Positions 1-13,460 of a stretch of 64,000 bases of DNA are shown here, one piece after another. The stretch is from positions 33,482,001 through 33,546,000 of the forward strand of contig NW_024704743.1 of assembly GCF_018977255.1 (NCBI RefSeq), in the 5' to 3' direction. The first letter of the stretch is position 1, and each line of letters starts with the position of its first letter. The notes under the pieces were generated by a model. It saw nothing but the letters and a program-made list of their open reading frames with translations, ran no database searches and was not told where the DNA came from. The position numbers and the translations under genes are program-made. Origin of the DNA: Callorhinchus milii. Lineage: Eukaryota.

Positions 1-717
1 ATAAGAATAAATAATATTCTCCGTATTTTATATAGCGCCTTATTACATTGAAACATCTCAAAGTGCTTCACAGGATTTACTGTAAAGTGTAGTGACTATT
101 CATTGTTCCTACAAACTTTGCTCTTTGCAATAAATCCTGTGAATTGCTTTGAGACATCCTCCCTACATGAAAGGCGCTATATCAAATGCAAGGATTATTA
201 TTTTTATTTATAAGAGAAACTCGGCAGCAAATTTGCACATAGTAATGTCGGACACAAACAGCGATGAATTGAACAACCAATTTTATTTAGGGGATTGTTG
301 GAAAATGACACGGGGAGAAACTCCTTTCTCTTTTCGAATAGTAAAACAAAAAGATGCAGAGGGCGTCCAATTGGTGAGCTTTTCTCTGGAAATTTATTGT
401 GGAATCAGCTTCCAGTTACATTAGACATAAAAGTACACCTCATGGAAAATTTATTATCCATGTCTTAATGTGCTTCTCACAGTAACTGCTATTTCTCGCC
501 AGTGAATATGAAAACAATGATGCAAGGGGTAGAGTAGCACTTACTCACCAGTCATACAAAGCTCTTTCCTCAAGCTCCAATACCAGTGGTGAGGGCACGC
601 ATTTATCTCGCAGACTCCAGCTCTCCACTGTGAATCGGCAGCCTCTGGTTCAGCAACTTGTATTTGTTTGCATTTGTGCTTTCACGTAACAGAGCATTTC
701 ACCTGTACAGAAACCCT

Positions 718-870
718 TAGCGTAGCTGTTAGGCTCTTGCCTCGCAAATGAGAGGCCCCGGGTTTGATTCCCGGACTTGGCAAAGCCTTAGGCAGGTTTC
801 CTTACTCCACAGGCCTCTATTTACCTAGCAGTAAGTAGGAACCCGGTTATCAGTCGATTGGCGGATTGCT
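718..870 (+). mobile_element. 5' part of the tRNA-derived SINE (long form), joined directly to an L2 fragment
   Basis: Degenerate tRNA-like head (ctcgcaaatgagaggccccgggtttgattccc) followed by ggcaggtttccttactccac...tatttacctagcagtaagtaggaacccgg, shared with copies at 3197, 26283, 50785 and 60134. Confidence 0.8.
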
Positions 871-1525
871 CCACCTTGCTAAGCCAGTCCGGAACTTTGG
901 GGTCTTGTTTGACCCTCAACTATCCTTTCTACCCCACATCTGCGCCATGACTTGCTCTGCCTTCCCCCACCTCCGCACCGCCACCTGGCTCCGCCACTGT
1001 CTCACACCACAGGCCATCGAAACCCTCATACACGCTTTCATTACCTCAAGGCTTGACTATACAAATTCACTGCTTGTGGGCCCCCCAACTCCTCCATCCA
1101 CAGGCTGCAGATCATCCAGAACTCTGCAGCCCATAACCTCTTCCGCACTAGGCTCCGCGACCCTATCACCCCCATCCTTGCCCAACTCGACTGGCTTCCC
1201 ATCACCCAGAGGATACAGTTCAAGATCCTGGTCCTCACCTTCAAAGCCCTCCATGGTCTTGCTTCCCCCTACTACTGCGACCTCCTAAACCCCTACCATC
1301 CTGTTCCATCCCTCTGCTCAGCAGGTTCCGGTCTGCTTAGATTCCCCCACTATTGGCGGGCGGGCCTTCTGCCACTCTGCCCCCACTCTCTGGAACTCCA
1401 TCCTGCAGTCCCTCCCCCTCGGCCCCTCCCTTACACCTTCAAGACCCATCTCAAGACCCTCCTATTCAACTGTGCTTTCGATCTGCCTGCTTTCCCCCTT
1501 GCCCTCCACCCTCCTCCACCCTGAT
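868..1525 (+). mobile_element. L2-clade LINE, 5'-truncated, frameshifted ORF2 C-terminus plus 3'UTR
   Basis: ORF 866-1288 reads VRNFGVLFDPQLSF...[19 protein letters not shown], typical of the L2 ORF2 C-terminal region; homologous to other copies in the window. Confidence 0.9.
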
Positions 1526-3196
1526 AAGGTGCCATATCAAATCCAAGGATTCTTCTCATTATAGCACATATTATTATGATTAGTTATTATTACAAAGTAG
1601 TGGTGGACAGGGAGAAGGGCAATAAGAGATTTAAAGATGTTGGACAAAACGATTCGGTCAGTAAAATATAGGCAGAGAGAGATAGCATGGAAAAGTGGTT
1701 TTGGAAAAGAAATCAGAGATCTGAGGACTCAGCTACCAAGGTTGGAGTGAAGGAAGTGGGGAGGATGCAGTAAACCAGAATTGGAGGAGTGGTACATGCA
1801 GCCTGGAATGTAGGTCTGATAAAGATTTCACACATACGATAGGGAATATTTATGAGGGGTGTGAAGACCAGGAGAATCTTAAACTTAAATTTATACTGAG
1901 TCACAAAGTGGGGGAGGAGGCTGAAAGGTCTTACCTCTTACCCTCTCCCCACAGTCCACTTTCATTTCCACATGTCTCAATACTCCAAAATGAGTGTGAG
2001 AAACTCCACAAACATGGTAATGGCATGTGTGATATCTTCAGCACTAAAGCAACAAACGTAGGTAAGCTTTAACTTAAGTTTTTAACCCTCAGGTAAGACT
2101 CACAAATACAATAATTGCCAGACGTCCCTGGAATATCTAATAAAATGGGGTTATTCATGCTACCCAGTTCTTAGTTAATTAGTGGATTGTTTTCCAGGGG
2201 GTAATAATCCCTTTAAAAAAATTAGTTGCTCACTTCATGGCTGTTTGTGTGACACTGCTATGTACAATTGGCTGCCGCATTTCGCCGATAAAATACACAG
2301 TCAATCCAATCCGCTTTACAATCTATTTTGTGAAGCTCTTTGAGATGTCTCAACGACATGATAAGGCACTATATCAAATGCAAGGATTATGATTATTATT
2401 ATTATTATTACTCCATCAATAAGTAACAGGGACTGGGCTAGTTTTCCATCAGCGCTAGGAATTTCGGCTGAGTGATATTCAAACACCAGCATTGATACTC
2501 AGCTCAGTATTTCCTCTCTCCCCACTGCTGTTGGCAGTAGGAAAGTCATCCTGAATGGGCCAGGCAGGAAGGTCTAGAGGAAGTTTAGCACATCCAGTTT
2601 CCTGCTCTTAATCTTTGCCAATTACAAACATGCAAGGCAGAGGAAAGTGCAAGCAGAGGCTGCTTTCATCTCTGCCATTATTCTTAATGTTAACATCAAA
2701 AACGTCTTGTGCGTTGAATTAATCACATCTTGTGCACAGACACTACCAAGTGAGCTCTGGCTCAGATATACTTCCCTTTGTAGATAATTTAATGTAAACA
2801 AAGACATTAGAAGATAAATAATGATTAATACATTATATTTTTGCATTGCCAAATGTGACCGCCTTCCCCAGCATGACCTCCGCTTCAGCATTCTCATGGC
2901 ATGTTCAGAAATGCTTGATAGAAAAATAGCAAATGCCAGTGTCACAATCTCTGTCCTCTAAATGTGGATGGATGAGTTCTACCTGACCGTCTTATTCAGC
3001 TCGGACACCCGAGAGGACAATATTAACGCTAACAGGATTGAGTACTTTCTCACAGAAGAGTCACAATTCCAGTCTAATTCTGAAGCTGTTGTACTTATGA
3101 AGACAAAATTGTTCAGTGTTTTTTCCACTGGATTTTTAATTAACAGAGTCCACAGTTAATCTCAGGGATGGTTGATTTTACAGTATGTCTTAGATA

Positions 3197-3378
3197 CAGT
3201 CCTATCCTATAGTGGTTAGAGCGCTCGCCTCGCAAGCGAGAGGACCTGGATTCAATTCCCAGGCAAGGCGAATTGTTAAGCAAGTTTCCTTACTCCACAC
3301 ACCTCTATTTACCTAGCAGTAAGTAGGAACCCGGTTGTTAGTCGATTGGGGGATCACTTTTCCGGGGGTAATAATTGC
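3197..3378 (+). mobile_element. tRNA-derived SINE, long form, 5' half
   Basis: gtggttagagcgctcgcctcgcaagcgagaggacctggattcaattcccagg head plus the tatttacctagcagtaagtaggaacccgg central segment. Confidence 0.85.
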
Positions 3379-3429
3379 CACTGAAGCAAACAGACATATG
3401 TCAATGGAGAGAAAATTAGAACAAAAAAA

Positions 3430-3935
3430 AGGCTAGTTTGGGCGCAACCATTTTTTCTGGGTTTGGGAGAGAAAAATTCAGCCAGGGTTCCCACCCTGCT
3501 CACTACCCAAACACCTCTGCTGGGAGACAACAACAACTTGCATTTACACAGCGCTCTTCATGCAGGGTAGCGTCTTACAGCATTAAACAATGACATAGTT
3601 TAATGCCCAGACAGGGAGAAAGGGAAGGTGAGATAGGCTCTGAAGACTTCTGCTGCAAGAGCTTTGGGATGTCCTCAAGTCTTTGTGATGTCCTCCTGAC
3701 ATGAAAGGCACCACATAAATATAAATTTATATGATATATTTGTATCATATTTTTGTAGGTTCATTCATATGAACATCGGGTGAGGATAGGATAAGATTTG
3801 GCTGGGCTGTGATCTTGTTCAACATCTTCCAACACTGACCATCCAGGTTCACACATGAATAACAGCCATTTGGACCAAGTACCAGAGGGTGACTGGCACC
3901 TTTGGAGCTGTAGCACAATAGAAAGAAAATCAAGC
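3430..3935 (+). mobile_element. Old AmnSINE2-like SINE split by L2/SINE tail fragments (about 3528-3730)
   Basis: aaaattcagccagggttccc...ctgctgg before the insert and catcgggtgaggataggat...ggttcacacatgaataacagccatttgg after it; same motifs recur at 8230, 18330, 28420, 33730 and 45730. Confidence 0.55.
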
Positions 3936-5640
3936 AAATGTCTGGTGAAATTAATAGAAATGACCGTGTACAACCAAACAACAGCAGCAATTCACATTTA
4001 TAAAGCACCTTTCATGTGGGGAGGACACCTCAAAGCGCTTTACACAGATAATTTGTGAAAAGCTGAGAAAAGTGAAATGTTTGCATTTAACAGGTGTTGG
4101 GCATTAAGATGAGGTACCATTGCTGTTTGTCCGTGTACAAGACAAGCTCTGTCTCAGATTAAGCCCACACCACTGGCTGCTTTGGTTTCCTCAGCCATGC
4201 TATATTCAAGGTCATTGAAAGTGTGAATCCTATGTAGTTGGCTCATTTGGATGTGTGACTATCATCAAATAGATTACTGCAATAAAACGGAATTGCTTTT
4301 TTAAAAAGAGGGAATATAATTACAGAAGTTCAAACGTGGGATAATCTGTGAAAAAAAACCCAGAAATGGGGATAGCAACTTTGAATAGATTTGCTGGGAT
4401 AAATCAAGGGATCTGACAAACGTGTCGGAGCTGTAGCTAATTGTGCTGGGGATGTGCCACTGTTCACTAAGTACCGTACTATAGATGCTGTGCAGCTTTG
4501 AAATACAACCTTTGGAGACATCAAAAAGGTATCATCTCATTAAAGGAGCCCGCCCCGTTTTGCAGGGTAACAATCATATATTTAAATCTAAAACAAGTAA
4601 GCTCTATAAAACATAATCTAAACACTTTAACACAAAGCCCCATAGTAACAGTATCAGTCCCCAAATAAGATGTGGCTTTACTATCTTTGTATGATTGTCC
4701 AGCATTATTCCACTCAGTTGAATGTACAGTTTTTTTTCATGAAACAGTGCGCTGTACAGGGTGTTTAAATTAGGTAGGTGTAACCCAGGATATTCACTAT
4801 TTCTATTCACAGCATCGCCTGGCAAAGCGAACCAGCCATGTTGGTGCATTACATAACCTAAGAAGGATTAGGAGACTTTCTCAAGCAAACAACAACAACT
4901 TGCATTTATATGATGCCCTTCACGTTGGGGTAGCGTCTTGGAGCAAAGTTCTGAAATGAGAACTGACAGGTGGCTAACTACAGTATTATTGCATAAAAAT
5001 GCACCCCAGCTAAATCTGCATTTTGCAGTCTTTGAGTTGTGAGTTTCTCGCTTTGTCCTGGCCAACACTCCCCCAGACAAAATGTGATATTCACATCATG
5101 AGTGTGGACGTTGCCGTACACAGATTGGCTTCCGCATTCACCTACAAATACAGAGGCACTACACTTCACAGTAAAGTGCTTTGAGATGTCTCAACTATGT
5201 GATGAGACAAAATATCAAATGCAAGGATTGTTATGTGGATTTATACAACAATCACCTTCAGTTCTAAATGATACTTATTTTGTATCTTTGGGGTATCTTT
5301 TTTTTATGAAAGGCGCTTAATAAATGCAGGTTAGTATTATTATCTTAAATATTAAGACAATGGCCATACGAACTAAGGTCGTGAGATATTTCAGGCCTCA
5401 GATTTCAATATGAATTTCACATCTACAGCAAACCAGCTGTTCTGATACGGCTGGTTAGAATTTGGATCTCATGCTGTTCAAGCCTATGGTAAATCATAGC
5501 CCACAAAAAAATTCTGTGAAGCGCTTTGAGATGTCAAAATGACATGATAAGGTGCTATATCAAATGCAAGGATTATTATTATTATTAATTTACAACCCAG
5601 AAGGAGGCCTTTTAGACCATTGAGTCTGCACCACCTCACA

Positions 5641-6655
5641 AACAACAACAACAAGATTACATTTGTATAGCGCCTTTCACGTCCCAAGGCGCTGGACAGT
5701 GTACAGCATTTCAGACCCGAGCTGGGGTCAGGGGGGAAGAAGGGAGGGGAGGGGAAACGGGGTGGCCGATCATGGTCGAAGAGGAGGGTTTTGAGGCGGG
5801 ACTAAGGAGGGGACGAGGCGGAGTGTTTGGTGGATAGAATTCCAGAGGTTGGGGGCAGAGTGGCTGAAGGCTCTCCTGTCGTGGAGCAGGCTGGAGCTGG
5901 CTAAGCGGAGGGAGCAGGTGGGTTGGTAGGGGATTAGGAGGTCACAGAGGCAGTGTGGGGCGAGACCATGGAGGGCTTTGTAGGTGAGGACCAGTATCTG
6001 GAACTGGATCCTCTGAAGGATAGGGAGCCAATGGAGTCGGGCGAGAATAGGGGAGATGGGGTCATGGAGTTTGGTGCGGGAGAGGACACAGGCTGCAGAG
6101 TTCTGGATTATCTGCAGCCTGTGGAGGGAGGAGTTGGGAAGGCCGACAAGTTTGCAGAGTCGAGCCTGGAGGTGATGAAGGCATGAACAAGAGTTTCAGA
6201 GGCCTGAGGGGTGAGGTAGTGGCGGAGTCGGGCGATGCTACAGAGGTGAGGGAAGGCAGAGCGGGTCGTGGCTTGGATGTGGGGAAAAAAAGATAGTTGA
6301 GAGTCGAACAAGACACCGAGGTTCCTGATGGCTTGGAGAGTTGTGGTGTGCAACCACGGACGTTGATGCTGCCAGAGCCTGAGGTGCAGAGGCGCTGGCG
6401 CGAGCCAATCAGGAGGGCCTCTGTCTTGTTCACATTCAATTGTAGGAAGTTTGCCCTCATCCAGGACTTGATGTCCGACAGACAGTCTGTCAGGACAGCA
6501 GTGGTCCTGGAGTTGAGGGTGGAGGCCGAGAGATAGAGTTGGGTGTCATCCGCATACATATGGAAGTTGACCTCATGTCTGTGGATGATGTCACCAAAGG
6601 GGGAGCATGTAGATATTAAAGAGGAGAGGGCCAAGGACAGAGCCCTGGGGGACGC
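5641..6655 (-). mobile_element. L2-clade LINE remnant including the RT catalytic motif, with (GTT)n tail
   Basis: ORF 6062-6703(-) contains FHMYADDTQLYLS...DIKSWMRANFLQLNVNKTEALLIG; frameshifted continuation IRNLGVLFDSQLSF; (AAC)n at 5641. Confidence 0.95.
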
Positions 6656-7158
6656 TAGACGTGACAGTGCGGGGGCTGGAGCAAAAATCGTTAGAGGCAA
6701 CAAAGCTGTTCATTCAATACCATCACCCTTCCATATCACCAAACCCCTGCAAGCCTTTATATATATTTCCCTCCTGAAACCCACAATGTACCTCTACTAT
6801 CTTACTTGACATGGACTGGTTTGGCATAGAAAACTAATAAGAACTTCAGATATAGCTAGTTCTGTTATGAGACAGCAGATTCTTAATGACCACAGTGCAG
6901 GTAGTTCTTCAGAGACAAAGAGGAATATTTCAGATTTATTCATAATTCAGCAGTTGACTTACGTTTCCTATACCATGACTAATGAGTAATATTTACAAGA
7001 TGCTCATATTAAACAAAATGAGCTAACAGGAACTTAGAGAGCCAGCCATTATAAAGGCCATTTGTTCCGCAACCTTGCATACATTTGTGCTACATTACAA
7101 ATAAATGAGTAGAAATTGAACAAATTAACTGAATAACAAATCGATTGAGTGTATCTCT

Positions 7159-7315
7159 GCCATTGGCTCTTGTGGTAAAGCCGTTGTTTAGTTAAAATGA
7201 CCTGTATAGATTGGATAATCTACATTGAGTTAGTTGATCTAGCAGCAGTGGGGACTCCACAATTAGCTTCAGTGCTCCTGGACCATAGAGTGCAAATCAG
7301 CCCCTGAAGGCAATC
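7159..7315 (+). mobile_element. AmnSINE2-like SINE, 5' fragment
   Basis: gctcttgtggtaaagccg...gagttagttgatct...cagtgggactccacaattagcttcagtgctcctgg resembles the recalled AmnSINE2 5' half and copies at 13610, 33725 and 37385(-). Confidence 0.5.
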
Positions 7316-7809
7316 CACATAATCCTGGTGACTTTTTGGGGGGGTGAATGGGGAAAAATAAATCTTCAACATGCTTAAAAGTATCCAAAGCAGAAAGAGT
7401 TCCACAAATGTAGGCCACTTACACATGGAAATTTCCACTTCTGGAATGGAGTGCACAGTTTCTTCCTGGAGGGACACAACCTGCTTGCTTAATTCTGGAG
7501 AGTATGAGGTGCAAGTTGGCAAGATCCAGGGTGTGGGGACCTCAGAGTGTGTGTTGGGGTACTGCTGGAGTCTAACCAGGTAAAATCCCATAGCTTGTCA
7601 TTGGTAGCACTATTCTGGTAGACTCCCCACTGACCTTCCAGCTAGGGCCCCCTACCGGTTCGGTCGCTGACTTGTAGGTTTCACAGGAGGTGATTGGACA
7701 TGCATGTGTTAGATACTGAGGGTGGTCAGTCAGGCTCCGCCACTGTTAAGCGTTTTGAGACTCTACCCTGCGTAGTGGGCACTATATAAGTGCAAGTTGT
7801 TATTGTTGT

Positions 7810-8160
7810 TCCCTACCAACCTGTCCGCTCCCTCCGTTCAGCGGGCTCCAGCCTACTCCATGTCTCCCGCCCAACCCACCCTACCATCGGTGGCCGGGCT
7901 TTCAGTCTCTCTGCTCCCACACTCTGGAACTCCATCCCATGGTCCCTTCGCCTCGCTTCCTCCCTTGCCTCCTTCAAGGCCGGTCTCAAGACCCTTCTCT
8001 TCAACCGTGCCTTTGGTCTCCCTCCCACCTCTCTGCCTTCCCTCACCCCTACACCACCCTTCCCCCATGCTCGGGCTCCGGCACCTGACTGTTTGGCACT
8101 TTGGGATGTCCTCCCAATGTGAAAGGCGCTCTATAAATGTAATTTTGTTGTTGTTGTTGG
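7810..8160 (+). mobile_element. L2 3' end (ORF2 end, 3'UTR, (GTT)n tail)
   Basis: Translation PVRSLRSAGSSLLHVSR...[18 protein letters not shown]; tail gaaaggcgctctataaatgtaattttgttgttgttg. Confidence 0.9.
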
Positions 8161-11100
8161 TCTGGTTTGTGTTATACAGTGATCTCCCTCTCCCAGCTCT
8201 CCCACGGTTGAATATTCCTACCAACACTCTGTATCTTAGCTCACATATGAAGAATGGCCACTTGGGCAAGGTAGCTAAGGACAACTGGTACCTATGGCAC
8301 CATACCCCAGCATGAGTCAGAGACATCGGGCAAAGAAGAAGAAAAGTTAGAGAGGGTGAAAGAACAAGAAAAAATGGTTGTGTAATTTTTTTCATGAAGA
8401 CTGGTGCACCCTTAAAAATATATATTTTGAATGAATTCCACATGCTCACAAGCAACAAAAACGTATTTGTTTTTCTAAATGTGCATTACAGGGTCATGCT
8501 GAAAAGTTACACTCTGTAAAAATTGAAAGGCATTCAGTCCAATATCAAATAATGGGATCTGGTACATGGCCTCATGGTTTGGCAAGGTGGGAATGCTGGG
8601 GTTCTGAACACCACCTAGTGGTGGGAGGGCAAGTCCATTGCCATCAACACAGCCCTGTGTTTTTCATTATGTTGTGGTCTTTGATCAAGTCTCAGATCCA
8701 ATGGGGACCAATATTGAAGGAAGCGGAGGGGTTAGGCCGGATAAATGAGGAATTAAAGTTGTTACTGAGCTTTATCTTTTGAGATTATACTGGAGTTTAT
8801 ATTCTTGGTAATGCAGTAAAATCTTTCATTTGACATTTAATGAGAGTACATAAAGTAACAGGCCAGTAACTTAAAGCAATGTGTTACAAAGCAGCGTGGG
8901 CTTTAAGTACCGGAAGGGACATACAGTATTATAAATGGAGCCCAGGATAGCCTAAAGCTCACATAATTGAGTTAAATGATGCAACGGTTACTTAAGAAAA
9001 AAGGAAACATTGACAGAATACATGTTCATCTGCTTAAAAGAGAAGCTAACTGTACCACAAACTATACATTTTAAAATACTCATCCACGCCCAGTTTTTCC
9101 ACTGAAGCCAATGCCGTTATATACTGTTATATGTACATCTGTGTATATTGTATATATGTTGGTGGGGTGCTTTCGCCCACAAAATACACACAGTCACAAC
9201 ACTCTCTCCTGTTATCCCATTTCCTTCCTCTTTCCCCTTTTTTGCTTTAATGTTATTTTTCCTCATCTAAACTAATTATATAATTTTCTTTTAAATACTG
9301 TCTGGAGATAATCTGAATTTATAGTACCATAGAAATTGATAACACAGAAGAAAACCATTTGGCCCATCGTGCCTGTGGTGGCTCACTTAGAGCAATCTTT
9401 TCAGTTCCATTAACCTGCCATTTCCCCAAATCCCTGTAGCTGACTCTTTAAAGTATGCACCTATTTATCCACTTACATTCATCAAATATTAGAGCCAGTG
9501 AACGGGGGTGACATCAACCCATCTGATCAATGGAGCAAAAGATGTCAACTGTATGGAGATATAACAGGTGGATGGCACCAACATCGTTGTGATGGTGCAG
9601 AGGATTCTATTTGATCCATCTACTACTTTCTCTCCAATTGTTCAACATGGATTGAATTTAAATATTTTATGAAACAATACATTTTCAGATGGTCAATGAA
9701 CTTTTCTGCCAAGCACTCAGCTTTGCTATTGGTGGGGAGAATGCCTGTTTAGGACACCATCAGGCTAAGTGTATACATGAAGGAGAGCCACTTGGGCAAA
9801 CTGTCACGCATGAAACAATACACCCAGGCGAGCAGGGGAGGGTATTGTAGTGGAGGTGATGTATTTATGTATTTGAAAGGTTGGCAAGATAAGCAGAATT
9901 GCCTAGAATTACATGGAGTATTAAAGCACAGAAATAGGTCATTCAAACCAACAAGTCACGTTGTTGTTTCTACTGCACATGAGCCTCTACCACTCCTAAC
10001 CCACTCTCTCATACCCCTTTATTCCCTTTCCCTCCTGTGTGCATCATTTCTTCTCGAATAGTTTTTTTTCTGGAAGCTTTCAACCACAGTTTCTTGCAGT
10101 GAATTCAATCACACTCTGAGTGAAGATATTTCTCCTAACCCGCCTTTTAGATCTGCTGATGGCTTATATTAAAATCTTATATTTATGCACCCTGGTTTTA
10201 GACTCACCAATGAGCAGAAACTGACTATTAATGATCACCTCATTGAATCCTTTCATATTTTTTTAAAAAAATACTTGTTCCAGGTGTAACCTGGTAGAAG
10301 TTATACCTGGTAGAAGTATTTAAAATCATCAGTACACTAAGCTCTGGGGGGCAACTGCCTATATTTTATTGAGACCCATGAATATGAGATGTCATTTACT
10401 ACACAATGTATTGTGTTAATAGGGTAAAGCAGACAAGTTTGTTGGATGGGAAGTGTATTATGGAGTAATAAATCAGGAAAATGTTCACTGGTCGATAAAT
10501 TTGTCAACAGTTATAGTGGGATTTTCCCATCCCAAGGAACTCTTTACAGTGTGTTATTGAATATTATAGAGAAATCAATGTTGTGAGAGTTTCCTGTGTT
10601 CTGTGTAACCACTGCTCTCAAATGTCAAGGATTATTATTATTATGCACTTCAAGGTTGTTTGTAGGGCGTTGCTGTTACCAATACTTTAGACATCTTCCT
10701 GATGTGAAAGGCTAAATTAAATGCAAGAATTATTATTATTTTAGTTTACAAGCCTTTTTAAGACGCATTGTGTATAGAATCATGTTTGTTCTGTATTACA
10801 CTAGGAGAATGCTTCTCTAATTTCAACGGTGTAGAGAATGGAACTTGCTGCTCGTATGTGTTTCTGTAGGGAATAGGGCTAAGGGCTCTCCAGCTTTCTC
10901 ATGTGTCAACACATATTAATATTGGGGAACCAATGGTGTCCCTTGAGATTACAGATGGAACTGGTGTAAATTCCACAGCACAAGCAGTTAATGGGATATT
11001 CAGGGATGATAAAGTGAGGAAAATGACTTGTTTGAAATTGCTGCGACTCCAGTTACAATACCAGGGTCAGACTGACACGACTACAGTCAAGGCCTCCAGG

Positions 11101-11744
11101 AATATAATATGCTTACTTTTTTAAACAAAAAACGTCTGCATGTATCAAGCAAAGCTGCCTCGCACACCTGTAAGTAATGTTGTGATGCAGATTTATGTCT
11201 TGATTTTTAAAAAAAGTAAAATTCAACATAAACTGCGAGCAGCAACTTGCCAGCATGCTGTGCTCACAATTCCCTTGGTCTAGAGCGAAAATATTAAACT
11301 GTCATCTCAGCTTCTCTCAAACAAAGTGAACAGTTTCTGCACTGGCATAGTCCGTCTCTGTTTACGTTTACATCTGGAGGTACTTTGGATGAGTTTGTCA
11401 CAATCACACTCCATGGAGTGTACCAAAAAAGAAAACAAAACAAAATTGGGTTACAATGAGCTCAAACACATTGGAGTCCATTCACATGGTACATGTATGA
11501 ATACCAGCATCACTCATAACTATCAACAAGGTGTGCCAATACTGATAATAATAATAATTCTTGGACTATAAAAAGCACCTTTCATGTCTGAAGAGCTTCA
11601 CAGCATTTATTATAAAATGTAGTGACTGTATTTTGTTGGTACATTTTGTAAACTACTTAGATCAACCTTGTGATGGATCACTCTGATACATTGTTTTATA
11701 TTGGAGTAGAGAAGGTTACGTAAGGGGAGTAGAGAAGGTATAAT

Positions 11745-11997
11745 AAGTAATAATATAATCCTTGCATTTGATACAGCTCTTTTCACGTCTTCGAGATGTC
11801 TCAAAGCGCTGAATTGACTGTATATTTTGTGGGCGAAACACAGCAGCCAATTGCGCACAGCTGTGTTCCACAAACAGTCGTGGATTGAAGTGACCAATTT
11901 ATTATTGTTTTTTTTTCTTCTTGAGGGATTATTATCAGGCATGTGGTGTAAGGAAACTTGCCCAAGGTTTTGCCCTGAGGGAATCGAATCCAGGTCG
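11745..11997 (-). mobile_element. tRNA-derived SINE, short form, 5'-truncated
   Basis: Reverse complement of the family body and (ATT)n tail. Confidence 0.85.
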
Positions 11998-12127
11998 TAA
12001 ATTAAGCATTGTCACCAATTACCTTGTTAAAATAATAAATAATGAATGCATTAGCACAAATAGTTGTTGAAGGTGAGTCCTTGGCAGCATTTAAGGGTGA
12101 ATTAGATAAATACTTGAGGAAAGGTAA

Positions 12128-12427
12128 CAATAATAATAATAATCCTTGCATTTTGATATAGCTAGTTATTATTGTAGCGCTTTTCACATCTTCTAGACAT
12201 CTCAAAGCGCTTCATAGAATAGACTGTAAAGTGAATTGACTGTATATTTGTGGGCAAAACGTGGCAGCCAATTGCACACACCAGTGTCCCACAAACAGTC
12301 GTGGATTGAAAATGACCAATTTTTTTTTTGGAGTAAAGAAACTTGCCCAACGTTTTTCCCTGCCGGGAATTGAGCCCAGGTGTCTCGCTTGCAAGGCAAG
12401 TGCTCTAACCACTGAGCTACCGGACTT
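12128..12427 (-). mobile_element. tRNA-derived SINE inserted into a CR1 3' fragment
   Basis: Head at 12360-12427; flanks gcatttaagggtgaattagataaatacttgagg | aagggtatgggtaaagg are contiguous CR1 3' sequence. Confidence 0.85.
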
Positions 12428-12769
12428 AAAGGGTATGGGTAAAGGATAGTGGATTGTGATTAGTGCACTAGCACAAACATGCTGGTCTAATCTTGTTGTT
12501 GTTGTGTCCTTTCTCCATCTCCACCTTTCAAGACTGACATCTACTCCTCAATACACCATGACTGACTACTACAGCATCAGACTGATACATGCAGGAAAAG
12601 ACTTCAAGAGAAAGGAGACTTTAGCAAAAGTTTGCTTTCAAAAGACCCTCTTTTCACCCAAACACAAATGGATGGTCATTTCACTTTATACTATATCTTG
12701 TGATGCGCAGCAAGATGTCCTCCCAATGTGAAAGATGCTATATCAACTAGTATATGTGAGGATATTCTA

Positions 12770-13460
12770 TAACAACAACAACAAGATTCCATTTATAGAG
12801 CGCCTTTCACGTCGGGAGGACGTCCCAAGACACTGTACAGTTGGGTCAGGACCCAAGCAGGGGGGAAATGGTCAGGGTGAGGGGAGGGAAGGGAGGGAAC
12901 TAGGAGTGGGTAGAGAGTCAAGAGGGGAGCTGAAGGCACGGTCAAAGAGAAAGGTCTTGAGACCGGCCTTGAAGGAGGAAAGGGAGGAGGCGGCAAAGGC
13001 ACTGGGGGATAGAGTTCCAGAGCCTCGGGGCTGAGAGGCTGAAGGCCCGGCCACCGATGGTAGGGCGGTTGGGGCGGGGGATGTGGAGCAGACCGGAGCC
13101 AGAGGAACGGAGAGTACGGGCAGGTAAGTAGGGGGATAGTAGGTTGGAGAGGTAGGAGGGAGCAAGGCCGTGAATGGCCTTGTAGGTGAGGGTGAGGATC
13201 TTGAATTCGATCCTCTTGGGGATGGGGAGCCAGTGGAGGCGAGCGAGGGTGGGAGTGATGTGGTCCCGAAGCCTGGTGCGGGACAGTACATGAGCTGCAG
13301 AGTTCTGAATGACCTGCAGCTTGTGGAGGGAGGTGCGGGAAGGCCGGCGAGGAGAGAGTTCCCATAGTCCAGCCTTGAGGTGATAAAGGCGTGGACCAGA
13401 GTTTCAGCAGCGTGAGGGGTGAGGTAGTGCCGTAGTCTGGCGATGTTCCAGAGGTGATGG
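12770..13460 (-). mobile_element. Young L2 3' fragment
   Basis: ORF 12872-13477(-) [37 protein letters not shown]; (AAC)n tail; 3'UTR near-identical to the copies at 22688 and 24449. Confidence 0.92.
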
